Below, piece after piece: positions 1 through 12,545 of a stretch of DNA of 64,000 bases (positions are counted from its first letter, which is position 1; each line of letters starts with the position of its first letter). The DNA is taken from the NCBI GenBank assembly GCA_013265495.1, contig MU063891.1, positions 1,550,001 to 1,614,000 of the forward strand, read 5' to 3'. A model generated the notes under the pieces. The model saw only the letters and a list, made by a program, of their open reading frames with translations. It was not told where the DNA came from and made no database searches. The DNA comes from Vicugna vicugna (lineage: Eukaryota). The position numbers were made by a program, and so were the translations under genes.

Positions 1-1502
1 TAGTGGCCATTTTAGTGGGAGCCAAATAATGAATTCTGTTTTCTAATCTTTGAGAGGGAAATGCTGGAATGATTTTCTTTGCAATAATATCCTTCCTAAA
101 TTCTGAAGCGTTTTCACTCTGCTTTTATTTCATTTGTTCTTTCCACACACTTGATTCTGACCTGAAATCAGTGGTAACCTTGGTATGAATAATAATTCAC
201 AGGAAATTTAAAAAAATTGTATGTAAAACCCAACTTGGTTATGCATTTTGCCACATTTATTGCTCTTTTTAAAATTTCACACATTCTAGGAGAATATTTT
301 TATTACAGTTCTAATACTGAAATATTGAACGTGGTAAAGGTAGGTACAAATTTTAATCTGTTTAACAAAACGCTCTACTGCTGTTTGTCTTTTGTGACAG
401 AGGTCTGTTTTCTATTTGGTTTATGATTTCTGGAAAACAACGTTTAAGACTAATAAAAATGATCTGGCTTGCTCTTGGACCTGTAACCGCAGACGGCAAC
501 TATGTTAGGCTTGAGTCTGGAGCCGTCACGATAGAAAGCTTGGCAAAGTGGCACAAGATAGATTTAGGGAGTGCCGAACCCAGGGGTCCCTTCTCCTCCC
601 CTTTGTAGGAACTACCCGCGTTTAGCAAAATGGTAGGTGTGGGCAGCCACTCTGAGGCAACTGAGGTAGCGTTCGTGTTGAGTGCTTTCCCAGGCATTGG
701 TGTCCTTTGCTGTCTTGAAAGTGCTCTTGCCCTGTGAGAATTCATTACTAGCCTGCATTTATATAGCTGTAATCTCTTACAATAGTTTCATTGATACTTG
801 ATCTCCATAGAAAAGCTTTATGGATTCTAATGAGTCACAGCTCTTGAGGCCCCAGCCTCCCTCCTCCCTGTCTGTGAGTGGCTTTGTGTCCCGTGTTGTG
901 CTCAAGTCCTGTGTTGTACTGACTGTGCCTTTGGATGACAGCTTACTTGAGTGATGGTGGGGGAGACGGAGTAATTTATTAAAAATAATTACAAAGAAAC
1001 CAAACAAAAGGAGTAATTACAGCACTGTTAATATGCAATTTGTTATTTTATTGCTGAAGTATTTGGAACTAATAAGCCTTTTCTGTGGGTCTACCTTTTT
1101 TTCCTTGTACATCCCTAAACAGATACATAATTTATTAACTTTTCTGTACCCAGGTCTCAGGTTAGATCTGGTGTCATAAGATCTTGGCTATTTTTTCTTT
1201 CTTTTGCCTTTTTTATAGAAAGCTGAACCAAGGAAGAGTTGCTGATAAAGTGTATTTTTGGTAGCCTCAGGAAGGAAGTCTGATCTCTCTAATTTTATGC
1301 CATTAAATTTTCATCTGTTTTGTAGATTTATTTTTTTTAAGAGTCTGCCGTTTAAAAAATAATGTCTGAATTCTGAGTGTACTAAAATTCCTTCCCACTT
1401 TCAACTGGCATAATGGGGAAAATTTAAAGTATAGTCATCCACTCACCCTCACGTACTTATTCACATATTTTAAAAAGAATCTTTGAATGGAACTATTAAT
1501 AT

Positions 1503-1565
1503 AATAATAGCTGACACTCATCATGTGTCACGCGCTGTTCTAAGTGCATCGCCTGTGTCAGCTCA
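1503..1565 (-). mobile_element. MIR fragment
   Basis: aataatagctgacac...tgtgtcacgcgctgttctaagtgc. Confidence 0.5.
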
Positions 1566-2229
1566 TGTCTGTGCGCCATTAAAGCAGCAGTGTGATAGGA
1601 GGGTGCTGCAGACTGCGTCAGACGCTTTGGGAAGGTAGGTGAGTTACAAACAATTCGAATAATTGCCGTAGAAAAGAATGCTCTGGGCAAGAATTAAAAA
1701 TTGTTTTTAACCCAGTCCTAGACCACCAGCATAAAGCATACGTTTCTAAATTAGGAAAATCCCAACCAGCATGTATTTTGAAAACACTTGAAAGTGTGCA
1801 GATAATTACACTATTGTTGATTTTAGCAGATTTGATGCCAGCAGCCATCAACTCTTATGTGCCGTGAAAGATGAAAGCCATTTTAATATAAAACATAAGA
1901 GTTTGGCTGGGAAAGGGAGGCGGGCAGAGAAATTTCGTGACTTTTAGTTAGTTTTATGGGAAGCATTAGTTACATTCCTGTGACAGAATGCTTTACTTGG
2001 CGATCATTCTCATCTTAGGCATTTTAATGAGCTGTTGTTTTGTGCCTGGTATCATGTGGCACTAATAAGATGCATTATTTTAGTAGCACCTACTGGTGTC
2101 AGTATAGTTTAGGGTTTGTCATTATTTCATACTCTTCTATTTCAGGAGGCCAGCACTAGCATGTATCTTTAAGTCTGGCCAACATGTAATTCATAAGTCT
2201 TTCTGGATCTCTACACAAAGCAAAAATGA

Positions 2230-2320
2230 CACTCAAGCCTCGTATCTCCAGCAGTCGCAAAACGATCTGATTACTTGCAACCTCGATAAATATTTGTTGA
2301 ATGAGTTAGATAAATGAATC
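2230..2320 (+). mobile_element. L2 3' end
   Basis: Ends cctcgataaatatttgttgaatgag...aaatgaat. Confidence 0.55.
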
Positions 2321-2899
2321 CCACAGACGGCACCTGTCTTACAAAGTCATACCTGGCTGTTGCATTTTTAAAAAATTTTAATGTCCAGGTTTTTGTTTAT
2401 TTTGTTTCGTAATGACAAATTTTCATTAAAGCACATCTGGTGGAGCTTCCCTGGCTTTGTCGTGGGTCATCTTTTTCATCTCTTTCACCAAAAGAGCTCA
2501 GAGCTGGGAAGACCGACATCGGTTCCAGCTCTGTCACCTAATTATTTGGATGTATTTATGCTCCTTGAGTTTGTCGCTTAACTTTTGCTTTCATCTGAAA
2601 ATCCTTTTACTTAATAGGCCAGTTAAACCAACGTACATTAATTATAAAATTAATATTTACATAGTTTTAGGGTATACTTTTCCTTCCTTCCACTTTTTGG
2701 TATTTAGGAAGGCTTGTGTTTTCGTCTGATGGTTACTTTGACGTAGTAACACATTCTTGCCTCTGCCCACTTTTTTTGGCTCTTGCTTACTGATTTTGTG
2801 CTGTGAGCAATAGTAAAGTGAGATATTAACCTTTTCTTGCCCCTCCCCTCTTTATCTTCCATCCCGTGACTTGAACTGTTTGTTATCTTTTAACTTATA

Positions 2900-3480
2900 G
2901 GTAAGCACCTACAACAAAATCATTATGCTGTGTGTTTTTCATGTATTTTTCCCATCCCTCCTCCCCTTTTTGGTAGTTGTACCATGTCTGCAGTGTCCAG
3001 AGTGTGTAGCTGTTACATGTTACACTGTACTCTTTATAAAATCACTTAGTTTTAGTTCTGCAAGTAAGCTTGTCTTTGATGCTCATCACTCACCCTTATA
3101 TTGATCGTTGGTCATTTTGGTTTTTTGAAGCTAGTTGTTCTGTAGTGGATTTCTCAGGAAGAGCTCGGGGCAACAATATTTCCTGAGTTCTTGTATGTTT
3201 GTAAGTTTGCTCTTTACACACGAAGGTCAATTCAACAAGACATAAAATCCTTGGCTCAGATCTTTAAGTATCTTAATTATGTTGCTCCGTTGTCTTGCTT
3301 TCAGTCTGATGCTGGTCTTGTTTCTTTCCCTCCGAGTGCCCTGTGTTTTTCCTCTGGATGCCTAGTTTTTTTGTGTTTTTTTTTTAGTTCCACAGATTTT
3401 TCTTTGACGTATCGCATTGTGGTTCCGTTTTACCAGTTGTCACTTGCTTTTGAGCTTTATTTTCTTCATTCGTAAAATGA
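2900..3480 (-). mobile_element. Ancient L1ME/HAL1-like remnant
   Basis: ctcaggaagagctcggggcaacaatatttcctgagttcttg...ataaaatccttggctca resembles old L1/HAL1 consensus text. Boundaries are approximate. Confidence 0.45.
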
Positions 3481-4926
3481 GAATAATGATACCTTTTTTT
3501 TGCCTGTGCACAGTGGATTTGAAGACCAAATGAGGTACTGTATGTAAAGAGCTTTCAGTTTGTTTTCCTGTCTTGTTGCCTTTTGAAAGTAGCTGGGGAC
3601 TTTGAACTTCAGAGTACTTCATAGTGTAGGCAGTGGGCCTTGAGCTGGCTTTATGTTTGCGAGAAACGTCAAGTGGGTGCTCTGCAGGCTTGTGTCCATG
3701 CTCTGTCAGTGACGAGGCTCCCCCGACCCCCTCGGGGAGAGCTCCTGGCCTGAAAGCACTGGCGCTTTTGGAAAGTATCTCACTGAGAAAGCGCTCTCTC
3801 CATTGTATCCTCACTCTCTTACCTGCCTTACGTTAGTTTTCCACGCAAAGCTCTGGGTTTACGTGATTTTAGCTTATACGTGCATGAAAACAACACGGAA
3901 AAAAAAAAAATTAAAGGACTCTTTTTCAGATAATGAGGAGTGCCAAGTCAGCCTAATCAGCCAACATGTTTTCTTGCGTCTGTTGTACACGCGGCCCTGG
4001 GTAAGAGGCGGCTGGAAAATACCAGAGAAACAGGAGATGTCATTTCTGGCCATGGGAGATAAAACACAACATATCAAAGGTCATTTACAAAACGGCACGT
4101 GATAAATAAATCCAAACCAGTGTAGCACAAGCTAAGGACGTGAGTATATGATGCATTTTACCGGAGGCTACCCTGGACTAGGGTTTCCATGCTGGGGCCT
4201 TGTTTTGATAAAGCAGCCCTTTACACATGCAGGCTGGAAGTTATGGTGGGAAATTGGGTAATTGAATTAACTGAATCCATTTTAATGCTTTTACCTGATT
4301 TGTAAGCACAGATAGGGGTTTGATTGACATTCATATAAATAGTGTTAGTGTCTTTATTTGAATATGTGATTTTTAAAAATGAATTCATTCATGTTTTGTA
4401 AGTAAGGCTGGAACCCATCATAGAAATTCTGTTGACACTTAGGAACCAGGATGATTTGGAAACTCAAGGCTAGAAATATAATACTGTCTATGATTCTGTG
4501 GTAATGCATTCCTTATTAAATCCTGTGTTTATTTAACCAACTTATTTACTAACTTCATTGCAATCCACAACATACGAAACCCAGAGGAAAGGGTAGAGAA
4601 TACAGAGACGAATGGAAAACAGTCCTCAGAGAGTTTACAGCTGAAATGGAAAAAACTAAAAAGAGAGGAAAACAGAGTTGAATCAGACCTATTTCGGAGG
4701 TACGTGAGTTATGTATACAGAGCAGTTTGGATCTCATGAGGAAAGGAAGTCATATCACTCTGGCTATTTGCATTATCCACTAGCCTTGTCCCGGCTACAA
4801 GTAGGATGCAGATAACTTGTTGCAGTTCATTCAACTTCTGTTGTTTTGTGAAACTGAGGATGCCATAATTTCTGTTCTCAAAGTTAAGATTCTCTTCATG
4901 AGAACATACTGAAACTGAAATCAGTA

Positions 4927-5118
4927 TAGTTGACCCTTGAACAACTTGGAGGTGAATCCACGTATAACTTATCGTCAGCCCTCCATGTCTGAGGTTCCTC
5001 CCCATCCTTGGATTCAGCCAACTGTGGACCATGGCGTACTTAGTATTTCCTAATGAAAAATATCCATACGTAAGTGGACCTGCACAGTTGAAACTCAACA
5101 TTGTTCGAGGGCCAGCTG
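4927..5118. mobile_element. TcMar-Tigger family MITE (MER8/Tigger2-like)
   Basis: TIRs tagttgacccttgaacaa (4927) and ttgttcgagggccagctg (5101-5118), flanked by TA at 4925-4926 and 5119-5120. Confidence 0.85.
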
Positions 5119-6122
5119 TATTTCTCTTTGGCTCACTGGTGGGAAATCAAAGTGCTACAGCGAGTTTAGGCTGCCTGCGAACTTGAGGATGTAAATTTCT
5201 CAATCTGTTTCTCTATTTTTTTTCCCCTTTTATTTGCATCTTTCAGTTTTGTGTTTTACCCCCTTCCCTCTAAATGTTTGGTTTCAAGGCAAAATGAGAA
5301 ATGAAACTGTTTCAGAATGAGGAATGGTGACTTCCAAGTTCCAGAGCTCTTCAGCCTTTCCCCCTCTTGTGATTTTTTGGATGTTGTGTTCTGTTGTTCA
5401 AAAAGTATCCTGCGTATTTTCAGCACCACAGGTGACCTTTTTATTTTTAAAGGTATTTTTAAAGATAATTATATACGCCTTTTGTTTTTTTGATGATGAG
5501 AACAAATGGACTTGTCAAGTGGGCCACAAAAATGCCATTGAGTGTATATCCAAATCATTTACCATTTTATATATCTTTCTACAAATCCAACAAACACTGG
5601 TTTTTCAGAATGTTAAATTCCAAATCGTCCATCTGTGGAGATTCAGATCTTACATATATGAAAGCAGGAAAACAAAACTGAGTTGCAATAATTAATACCA
5701 AGGAAACCATGTAAAATGGGGCAAATGGTCTCACGATCTATGTTTTCACTTCTGCGGTATTTTCATAGAAAAGGTACCCGTAGTCATTTTATGTGGCCTC
5801 ATTTGTAGCAGAAAGTAATAGTGCTCATGCTGTTCGTTTTCTGTGACAGTTGGTGTTGAAGAAAAATTCATAATATTCACGAAGGGCGTGAGGTTGAAGA
5901 GGAATAGTGGAAAGAATCTAGGAGTGAAACAGGCCGTACCTCTGGGCCATGTTCACGTGCAGTTTGGTTCTGATCTTTCCCCCTTAACCGTCACACACAC
6001 AAGCTTTAGTTTTCAGTGTTGAAGGTACACTTTTAGGTTCATTCCTGACAGTAAAGGTAAAGGGTGCTGAGTGCCCCTGTAGACAGCAGAAGGTAGTAAT
6101 TCTGATTCTCCCTTAACAACTT

Positions 6123-6740
6123 AACAACTTTATTGAGTTATATGTCATATATTTTATATGTCATAAAACTCACCCATATACAGTTTGTTGTTGTTTAAGA
6201 AACTTACACTGTTGTGCAGCCACCGCCACAACCCAGTTTTAGAACATTCCCATCCCCCAGGAGTTCCCTTGTGTCCATTTGTGGTCCATCCCCATCCCCA
6301 CTCCTAGGTCCAGGCAGCTACTAATCTGCTTTCTGTCTTTACACTTTTGCCTTTTCTAGAAATTTCATGTAAATGAAATCATACACACTGGAGTCTTTTG
6401 GATCTGGCTTCTTTCATTTATCATAACATTTTGAGGACCAGCAATGTTCCATGTGTCATTAGGTTGTTCCTTTTTATTATACAGTGTTCCGTTGTGTGGA
6501 TGTGCTGCGTTTTGTTTACCTATTTATTTTGGATTGAGAGACGTTTGGATTTTTTTGCAGTTTTTGGCTGTTAGAATAGTGGTTTATCTTTGTGTCGACA
6601 TATGTCTCGGGTAGATACCTAGGACTGGCGTGGGTGGCCATATGGTAGGTGTTTGTTTAATTTTTTAATAAACTACTTAAAATTCCCATGCGCAGTGTTA
6701 GTTTCCCAGTCTCTCTGCCTCCTCATCTGCCCTTAGTGTG
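6123..6740 (-). mobile_element. Old L1 (L1MB/MC-type) 3' end
   Basis: Contains actttattgag...ccacaacccagttttagaacattcccatcccc...gaaatcatacac...ctggcttctttcattta...ggtagatacctaggactgg, typical of an antisense L1M 3'UTR/ORF2 end. Confidence 0.8.
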
Positions 6741-9700
6741 GTCAGACTGCTGTGTTTCAGCCCCTCTCGTGGTCGTTGAACCCTGCTGTTTCCGTGTAGG
6801 GCTTTTATTTCTCATGAGGGTCTGTCCGTGACTGGGTGACCCTGGGATGCTTCTGTCCTCCATGTCACCGACCATTAGGCAGTAATGTGGTAACAGGAAA
6901 ATCTGAATGCCTCACCCAGGGTCCCCGAGTGAGTCACTGAGTCTGGAGTCCTCACGTGTCAGTTGGCGTCGTAGTGACCTACTTTTGTCCAGCCTCTTTG
7001 CTCCCTGTGACTCGGGGCCCTCTTTGTCCTGTAGCCTTGTTAGGTGTGGTGGCTTTCTTCTGATCTTTGTAGAATGATCTGGATCCATTCTTACCGTCCA
7101 TCTCTGGAGTTCAGTCTGATGAGGTCCAGCTGTTTTCTGCAGAGGGGTGCTGGTGTCTTGGAGAGGCGGCCCTCTCTGCTCCGTAGTTGCAGTGAGCAGG
7201 CCTTGGGTGACTCGGGCCTGACGCCATGTGCCCTCCTGTCAAAGGGGGTGGACACTCTTCTTCGCAGAGCCATGTGGGGGTTCAGTGAGGTGTCTTGTCT
7301 GAAACAGCTGGCACTTACTGAGCGCCTCTTCCCATAAGATGGGCAGAGGCTGATTACCTGATGGCATGTGGAGAGACACCATTCATTTGGTTTTTTTCTC
7401 CTCCACGGTAGTGAGACAGGAAAACATTCTTGAATTTATTTACAGGCTGAAAAACAAAACAAAAAACCAAACCCCAGCCTTGGTTTCTTCCTGTAATTGT
7501 TCTCTGTCTGCAGCAAACACAGCAAGCAGCGGCACTCGCACGAGTGTGTGCGTCTGTCTCTGTCTTCTGACTCGACTCAAGAAGGCCAGCCCGGCTTCCC
7601 AGCCGGGCTCTTGGTGCATCTGCACCCGTCTGCAGTGTGCCCCCCACACCGGACGCCACTGGCCCTGTTCCTGCTCCGGCCTGGCAGCTCTCAGAGCACT
7701 CCTCAGGCTTCCCATAAGATTTCTGTTCCAGCAAAGCTCCATTTTAGATCAGTCTCATCAGTTTTTATACTCACGTCATTGCTTTTGTTTCTTTTGCCCA
7801 AACTACTTTGATTCGAAGTTCACTTGAAGGCTGGCGGGGCTTATACAAATAGTAGCCAGCGAAAGGCACTTCAGAGGGGGCACGTTTCCTTCTCTGCTGT
7901 CCTGTTACAGGATGGGTCTGGTCCAGGGGAGCAGCGCCTCTGCCACCTTCCGTGAGGCAGGGAAAGCGAATTCTAGTACAGGTGGTTGTCTTGAGATGAT
8001 CGTGTTCTCTGAAATGACTCTTGGTTAAGTTTGTAAACGTTAAGGAGAACGTAGGCCTCGGATCCGTGGGAAGCTCATCTTTGTGCCGCGCTGCCACGTG
8101 GGGCATCAGGAAGAGCTGAAAAGCTGAGGTAACTTCAGAAGAGAAAATCACCACCAGCAAGGAGCTGTCTGCAGTAACTGGAAAAATTAGAGCTCAAGCC
8201 ACTGGAGGAGTGTGCCAGTGAATACAGTGTTACGGACATAACGTTAGCCCGTCGCGTGTGCCGGGCGCAGGAGAGGACGTGGACACGGACGGGGAGGCCG
8301 ATGTGTGGAAAGCTTGGCAACTCGGGCTCCACGTGAGCACTTTGTTTGGGACGCTGAACAGGGCTGGAGTTGTCCGGTGGGGAGGGACCTTCGGCCTCTC
8401 TGTCTCCAGCCCTTGTTTTACCTGTGAGAACATGGAGGTCCTGGGGACCAGGCCCGGGCCTGCCCCCTTGGTGCTCTTTCCAGATGTCTGCCTGGGCAGC
8501 CCCTCCAAGTGGGGCGTGGAGGCCGAGCAGCCTTGGGGTCCGGGTGAGGAGAACCGTGCACGCGGGTCCTTGTCGTGTTGTGGGGGCACGGACACCTGAG
8601 GGTGGCAGGAAGGAAGCTCTGGGAGACTCGAGCCCCGCCGAGGCTGTCCCTTGTGGCCTAGAAACACGTCCAGGGTGAGGGTCTTTGCACGGGTTACAGG
8701 GGACCCTCCCGCCCTGGCTTGGTCAGGCGTGGACTGGATCAGATTCTGAGAACTCCATCCTTCCAGCGAGCGGGCAAGACTCTGTAGTGAGACAATGGGG
8801 TGTCTGCAAGGGTTGGTGTGGATTTTTACTTTCCATATTAAATTAGTGACCTTTACAAGGCACAGATTATTTGAAGTGTCTGTGATGTTTGTCACGGACC
8901 AAGCAACTGCGATGTCGAACGTGAAAATGTTGTTGCTGTTTTTAATCAGACAATAGTGTAACCAGATTTTATTTTTGGAATAAAGATACTCTCATAAATG
9001 CCTTTTCTTCAGTCTGTACACATGTTTTAATATATGTTGCGATTTTTTTCCCCTAAAATACAGGGCTCCTTTCCTTGTTCAAACATGTTCAAACCTTGAT
9101 CTATTTCAAATTTACAGTTAAGTGAAGTTTTTCTACAGTCTTTCTGACTTGGTTGTTTCCTTACAGGCCAAATCAAACCACCTCCACCCCCAAAACAGTC
9201 CTCATGAAACTAACGCTGGACTTGGATTATGAAAGGTTGAGCTCCCCGGAACCCTGTGTGGTTGGGAGGGCAAAGTGAGTAGGAGTGTTGTGGTTTAGGA
9301 AAGAAGCTGCTTGTATTTGTTTGTTTGTTTGTTTTTTTGGCAACACAGCTGTCAGACAGTGCTCCAGATGGACAGGTGGAAAGAAAGGCAGGTCCTGAGC
9401 TGCTTCAGACTTGGTGAAGGCGCCGCCCCCTCCCTTCTCAGCAGAATGAAAGGTGCTGGAGAGCAGGCACTGGGTGCTGCTCCTGCGTTGCTAATCCTGG
9501 CAAACCTTGAGGCTGTGTTAGGCTGGCTTGGTCTACAACAGCATTACCTAATCACAGAGCACCGGATTATCATAAGACAAATCTACCTGATGATGAACTA
9601 TCTCCCAGCAAAGGATTACTGATGCTCAGCGTGGGTGTACAGCTTGGGTGCGCATGCACGCGCACACACTTCACTGTCTCATTGGTCTTTGACCTCTCCG

Positions 9701-10065
9701 CGGGGGAGGTTTGGGCTGGGGCCCGCCGTGGGACCATGGCCTCCCATCTTGGAGGAAAGCAGCCGCCGGCCGCTATTTCCGGAGCTGGCGCTGTTTGCGT
9801 CTGACTCTGACTCATGCTCCCCGGGAACTGCCCTGTGCATAATGCAAAGTCATTGTCATCATGAGCCATCCCAGGGAGAGGCTCAGTGGAAAAAGTGAAG
9901 GTAGAGCGAACCTGGCTCCAGAACGGAAGGTGAAAGGTACATTTTTTGTTTTTTAGTTTTGCTTAACTTCACATTGGCTCTTTTTGGAAACTGCTCTAAT
10001 GCCGATGGGGTTCAAAGTAAAAGAAGAGAGGGAAATACGACTTGTTGTTACAGGACTCCTTGCTC

Positions 10066-10081
10066 TGGTGTTCAAATTCTT
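10066..10081. repeat. L1 target-site duplication, left copy (TGGTGTTCAAATTCTT)
   Basis: An identical 16-mer lies at 12546-12561. The right copy is followed by AAAC, giving TTCTT/AA, a canonical L1 endonuclease-type site. Confidence 0.95.
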
Positions 10082-12545
10082 TTTTTTTTTTATTGATTCA
10101 TAATCATTTTACAGTGTTGTGTCAAATTCCAGTGTTCAGCACAATTTTTCAGTCATTCATGGACATATACACACTCATTGTCACATTTTTTTCTCTGTTC
10201 TGTATCATAACATTTTGTGTATATTTCCCTGTGCTATACAGTGTAATCTTGTTTATCTATTCTACAATTTTGAAATCCCAGTCTATCCCTTCCCACCCTC
10301 TACCCCGCCCCCCACCCCGGTAACCACAAGTCTGTATTCTCTGTCCATGAGTCTATTTCTGTCCTGTATTTATGCTTTGTTTTTGTTTGTTTGTTTGTTT
10401 TTGTTTTTTAGATTCCACATATGAGCGATCTCATATGGTATTTTTCTTTCTCTTTCTGGCTTACTTCACTTAGAATGNNNNNNNNNNNNNNNNNNNNNNN
10501 NNNNNNNNNNNNNNNNNNNNNNNNNNNNNNNNNNNNNNNNNNNNNNNNNNNNNNNNNNNNNNNNNNNNNNNNNNNNNNNNNNNNNNNNNNNNNNNNNNNN
10601 NNNNNNNNNNNNNNNNNNNNNNNNNNNNNNNNNNNNNNNNNNNNNNNNNNNNNNNNNNNNNNNNNNTCCTGAAGTAGATTTCCTTCTGGGTACAAGCCCA
10701 GGAGTGGGATTCCTGGGTCATATGGTAAGNNNNNNNNNNNNNNNNNNNNNNNNNNNNNNNNNNNNNNNNNNNNNNNNNNNNNNNNNNNNNNNNNNNNNNN
10801 NNNNNNNNNNNNNNNNNNNNNNNNNNNNNNNNNNNNNNNNNNNNNNNNNNNNNNNNNNNNNNNNNNNNNNNNNNNNNNNNNNNNNNNNNNNNNNNNNNNN
10901 NNNNNNNNNNNNNNNNNNNNNNNNNNNNNNNNNNNNNNNNNNNNNNNNNNNNNNNNNNNNNNNNNNNNNNNNNNNNNNNNNNNNNNNNNNNNNNNNNNNN
11001 NNNNNNCTTCTGCCCATTTTTGGATTGGGTTGTTTATTTTTTTCTTATTGAGTCGTATGAGCTGCTTATATATTTTGGAGATCAAGCCTTTGTCGGTTTC
11101 ACTTGCAAAAATTTTCTCCCATTCCGTAGGTTTTCTTCTTGTTTTATTTCTGGTTTCCTTTGCTCTGCAGAAGCTTGTAAGTTTCATTAGGTCCCATTTG
11201 TTTATTCTTGCTTTTATTTCTTCTAGGAGAAAATTTTTGAAATGTATGTCAGATAATGTTTTGCCTATGTTTTCCTCTAGGAGGTTTATTGTATCTTGTC
11301 TTATGTTTAAGTCTTTAATCCATTTTGAGTTGATTTTTGTATATGGTGTAAGGGTGTGTTCTAGCTTCATTGTTTTACATGCTGCTGTCCAGTTTTCCCA
11401 ACACCATTTGCTGAAGAGACTGTCTTTATTCCATTGTATATTCTTGCCTCCTTTGTCGAAGATGAGTTGACCAAAAGTTTGTGGGTTCATTTCTGGGCTC
11501 TCTATTCTGTTCCATTGGTCTATATGTCTGTTTTGGTACCAATACCATGCTGTCTTGATGACTGTAGCTCTATAGTATTGTCTGAAGTCTGGGAGAGTTA
11601 TTCCTCCAGCCTCTTTCTTTCTCTTCAGTAATGCTTTAGCAATTCTAGGTCTTTGATGGTTCCATATAAATTTTATTATGATTTGTTCTAGTTCTGTGAA
11701 ATATNNNNNNNNNNNNNNNNNNNNNNNNNNNNNNNNNNNNNNNNNNNNNNNNNNNNNNNNNNNNNNNNNNNNNNNNNNNNNNNNNNNNNNNNNNNNNNNN
11801 NNNNNNNNNNNNNNNNNNNNNNNNNNNNNNNNNNNNNNNNNNNNNNNNNNNNNNNNNNNNNNNGTGTATAATTCTTTCACCTCCTTGGTTAGATTTATTC
11901 CCAGATATTTTATTACTTTGGGTGCTATTTTAAAGGGGATTGTTTCTTTACTTTCTTTTTCTGTTGATTTATCGTTAGTGTAAAGAAAGGCAACTGATTT
12001 TTGAACATTAATTTTGTAACCTGCTACCTTGCTGAATTCTTCGATCAGCTCTAGTAGCTTTTTTGTGGACCTTTTAGGGTTTTCTATATATAGTAACATG
12101 TCGTCAGCATATAATGNNNNNNNNNNNNNNNNNNNNNNNNNNNNNNNNNNNNNNNNNNNNNNNNNNNNNNNNNNNNNNNNNNNNNNNNNNNNNNNNNNNN
12201 NNNNNNNNNNNNNNNNNNNNNNNNNNNNNNNNNNNNNNNNNNNNNNNNNNNNNNNNNNNNNTTTGAGTTTTTCACCGTNNNNNNNNNNNNNNNNNNNNNN
12301 NNNNNNNNNNNNNNNNNNNNNNNNNNNNNNNNNNNNNNNNNNNNNNNNNNNNNNNNNNNNNNNNNNNNNNNNNNNNNNNNNNNNNNNNNNNNNNNNNNNN
12401 NNNNNNNNNNNNNNNNNNNNNNNNNNNNNNNNNNNNNNNNNNNNNNNNNNNNNNNNNNNNNNNNNNNNNNNNNNNNNNNNNNNNNNNNNNNNNNNNNNNN
12501 NNNNNNNNNNNNNNNNNNNNNNNNNNNNNNNNNNNNNNNNNNNTT
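10082..12545 (-). mobile_element. Young 5'-truncated LINE-1 (about 2.46 kb): ORF2 RT to C-terminus, 3'UTR and poly(A); antisense to AOPEP
   Basis: The minus-strand ORF contains [40 protein letters not shown]...IKTAWYW and ILSEVSQ, with a stop at 10408. AATAAA plus an A-tail appear as T11-ATTG at 10081-10095. There is a G-rich 3'UTR tract at about 10290-10320 and a perfect 16-bp TSD. Confidence 0.97.
10408..12278 (-). pseudogene. L1 ORF2 fragment (reverse transcriptase to C-terminal domain), no start and no endonuclease domain
   Basis: No stop codon in any unmasked segment, and the frame is maintained across N runs 10478-10666, 10730-11006, 11705-11863 and 12117-12261. Confidence 0.9.
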
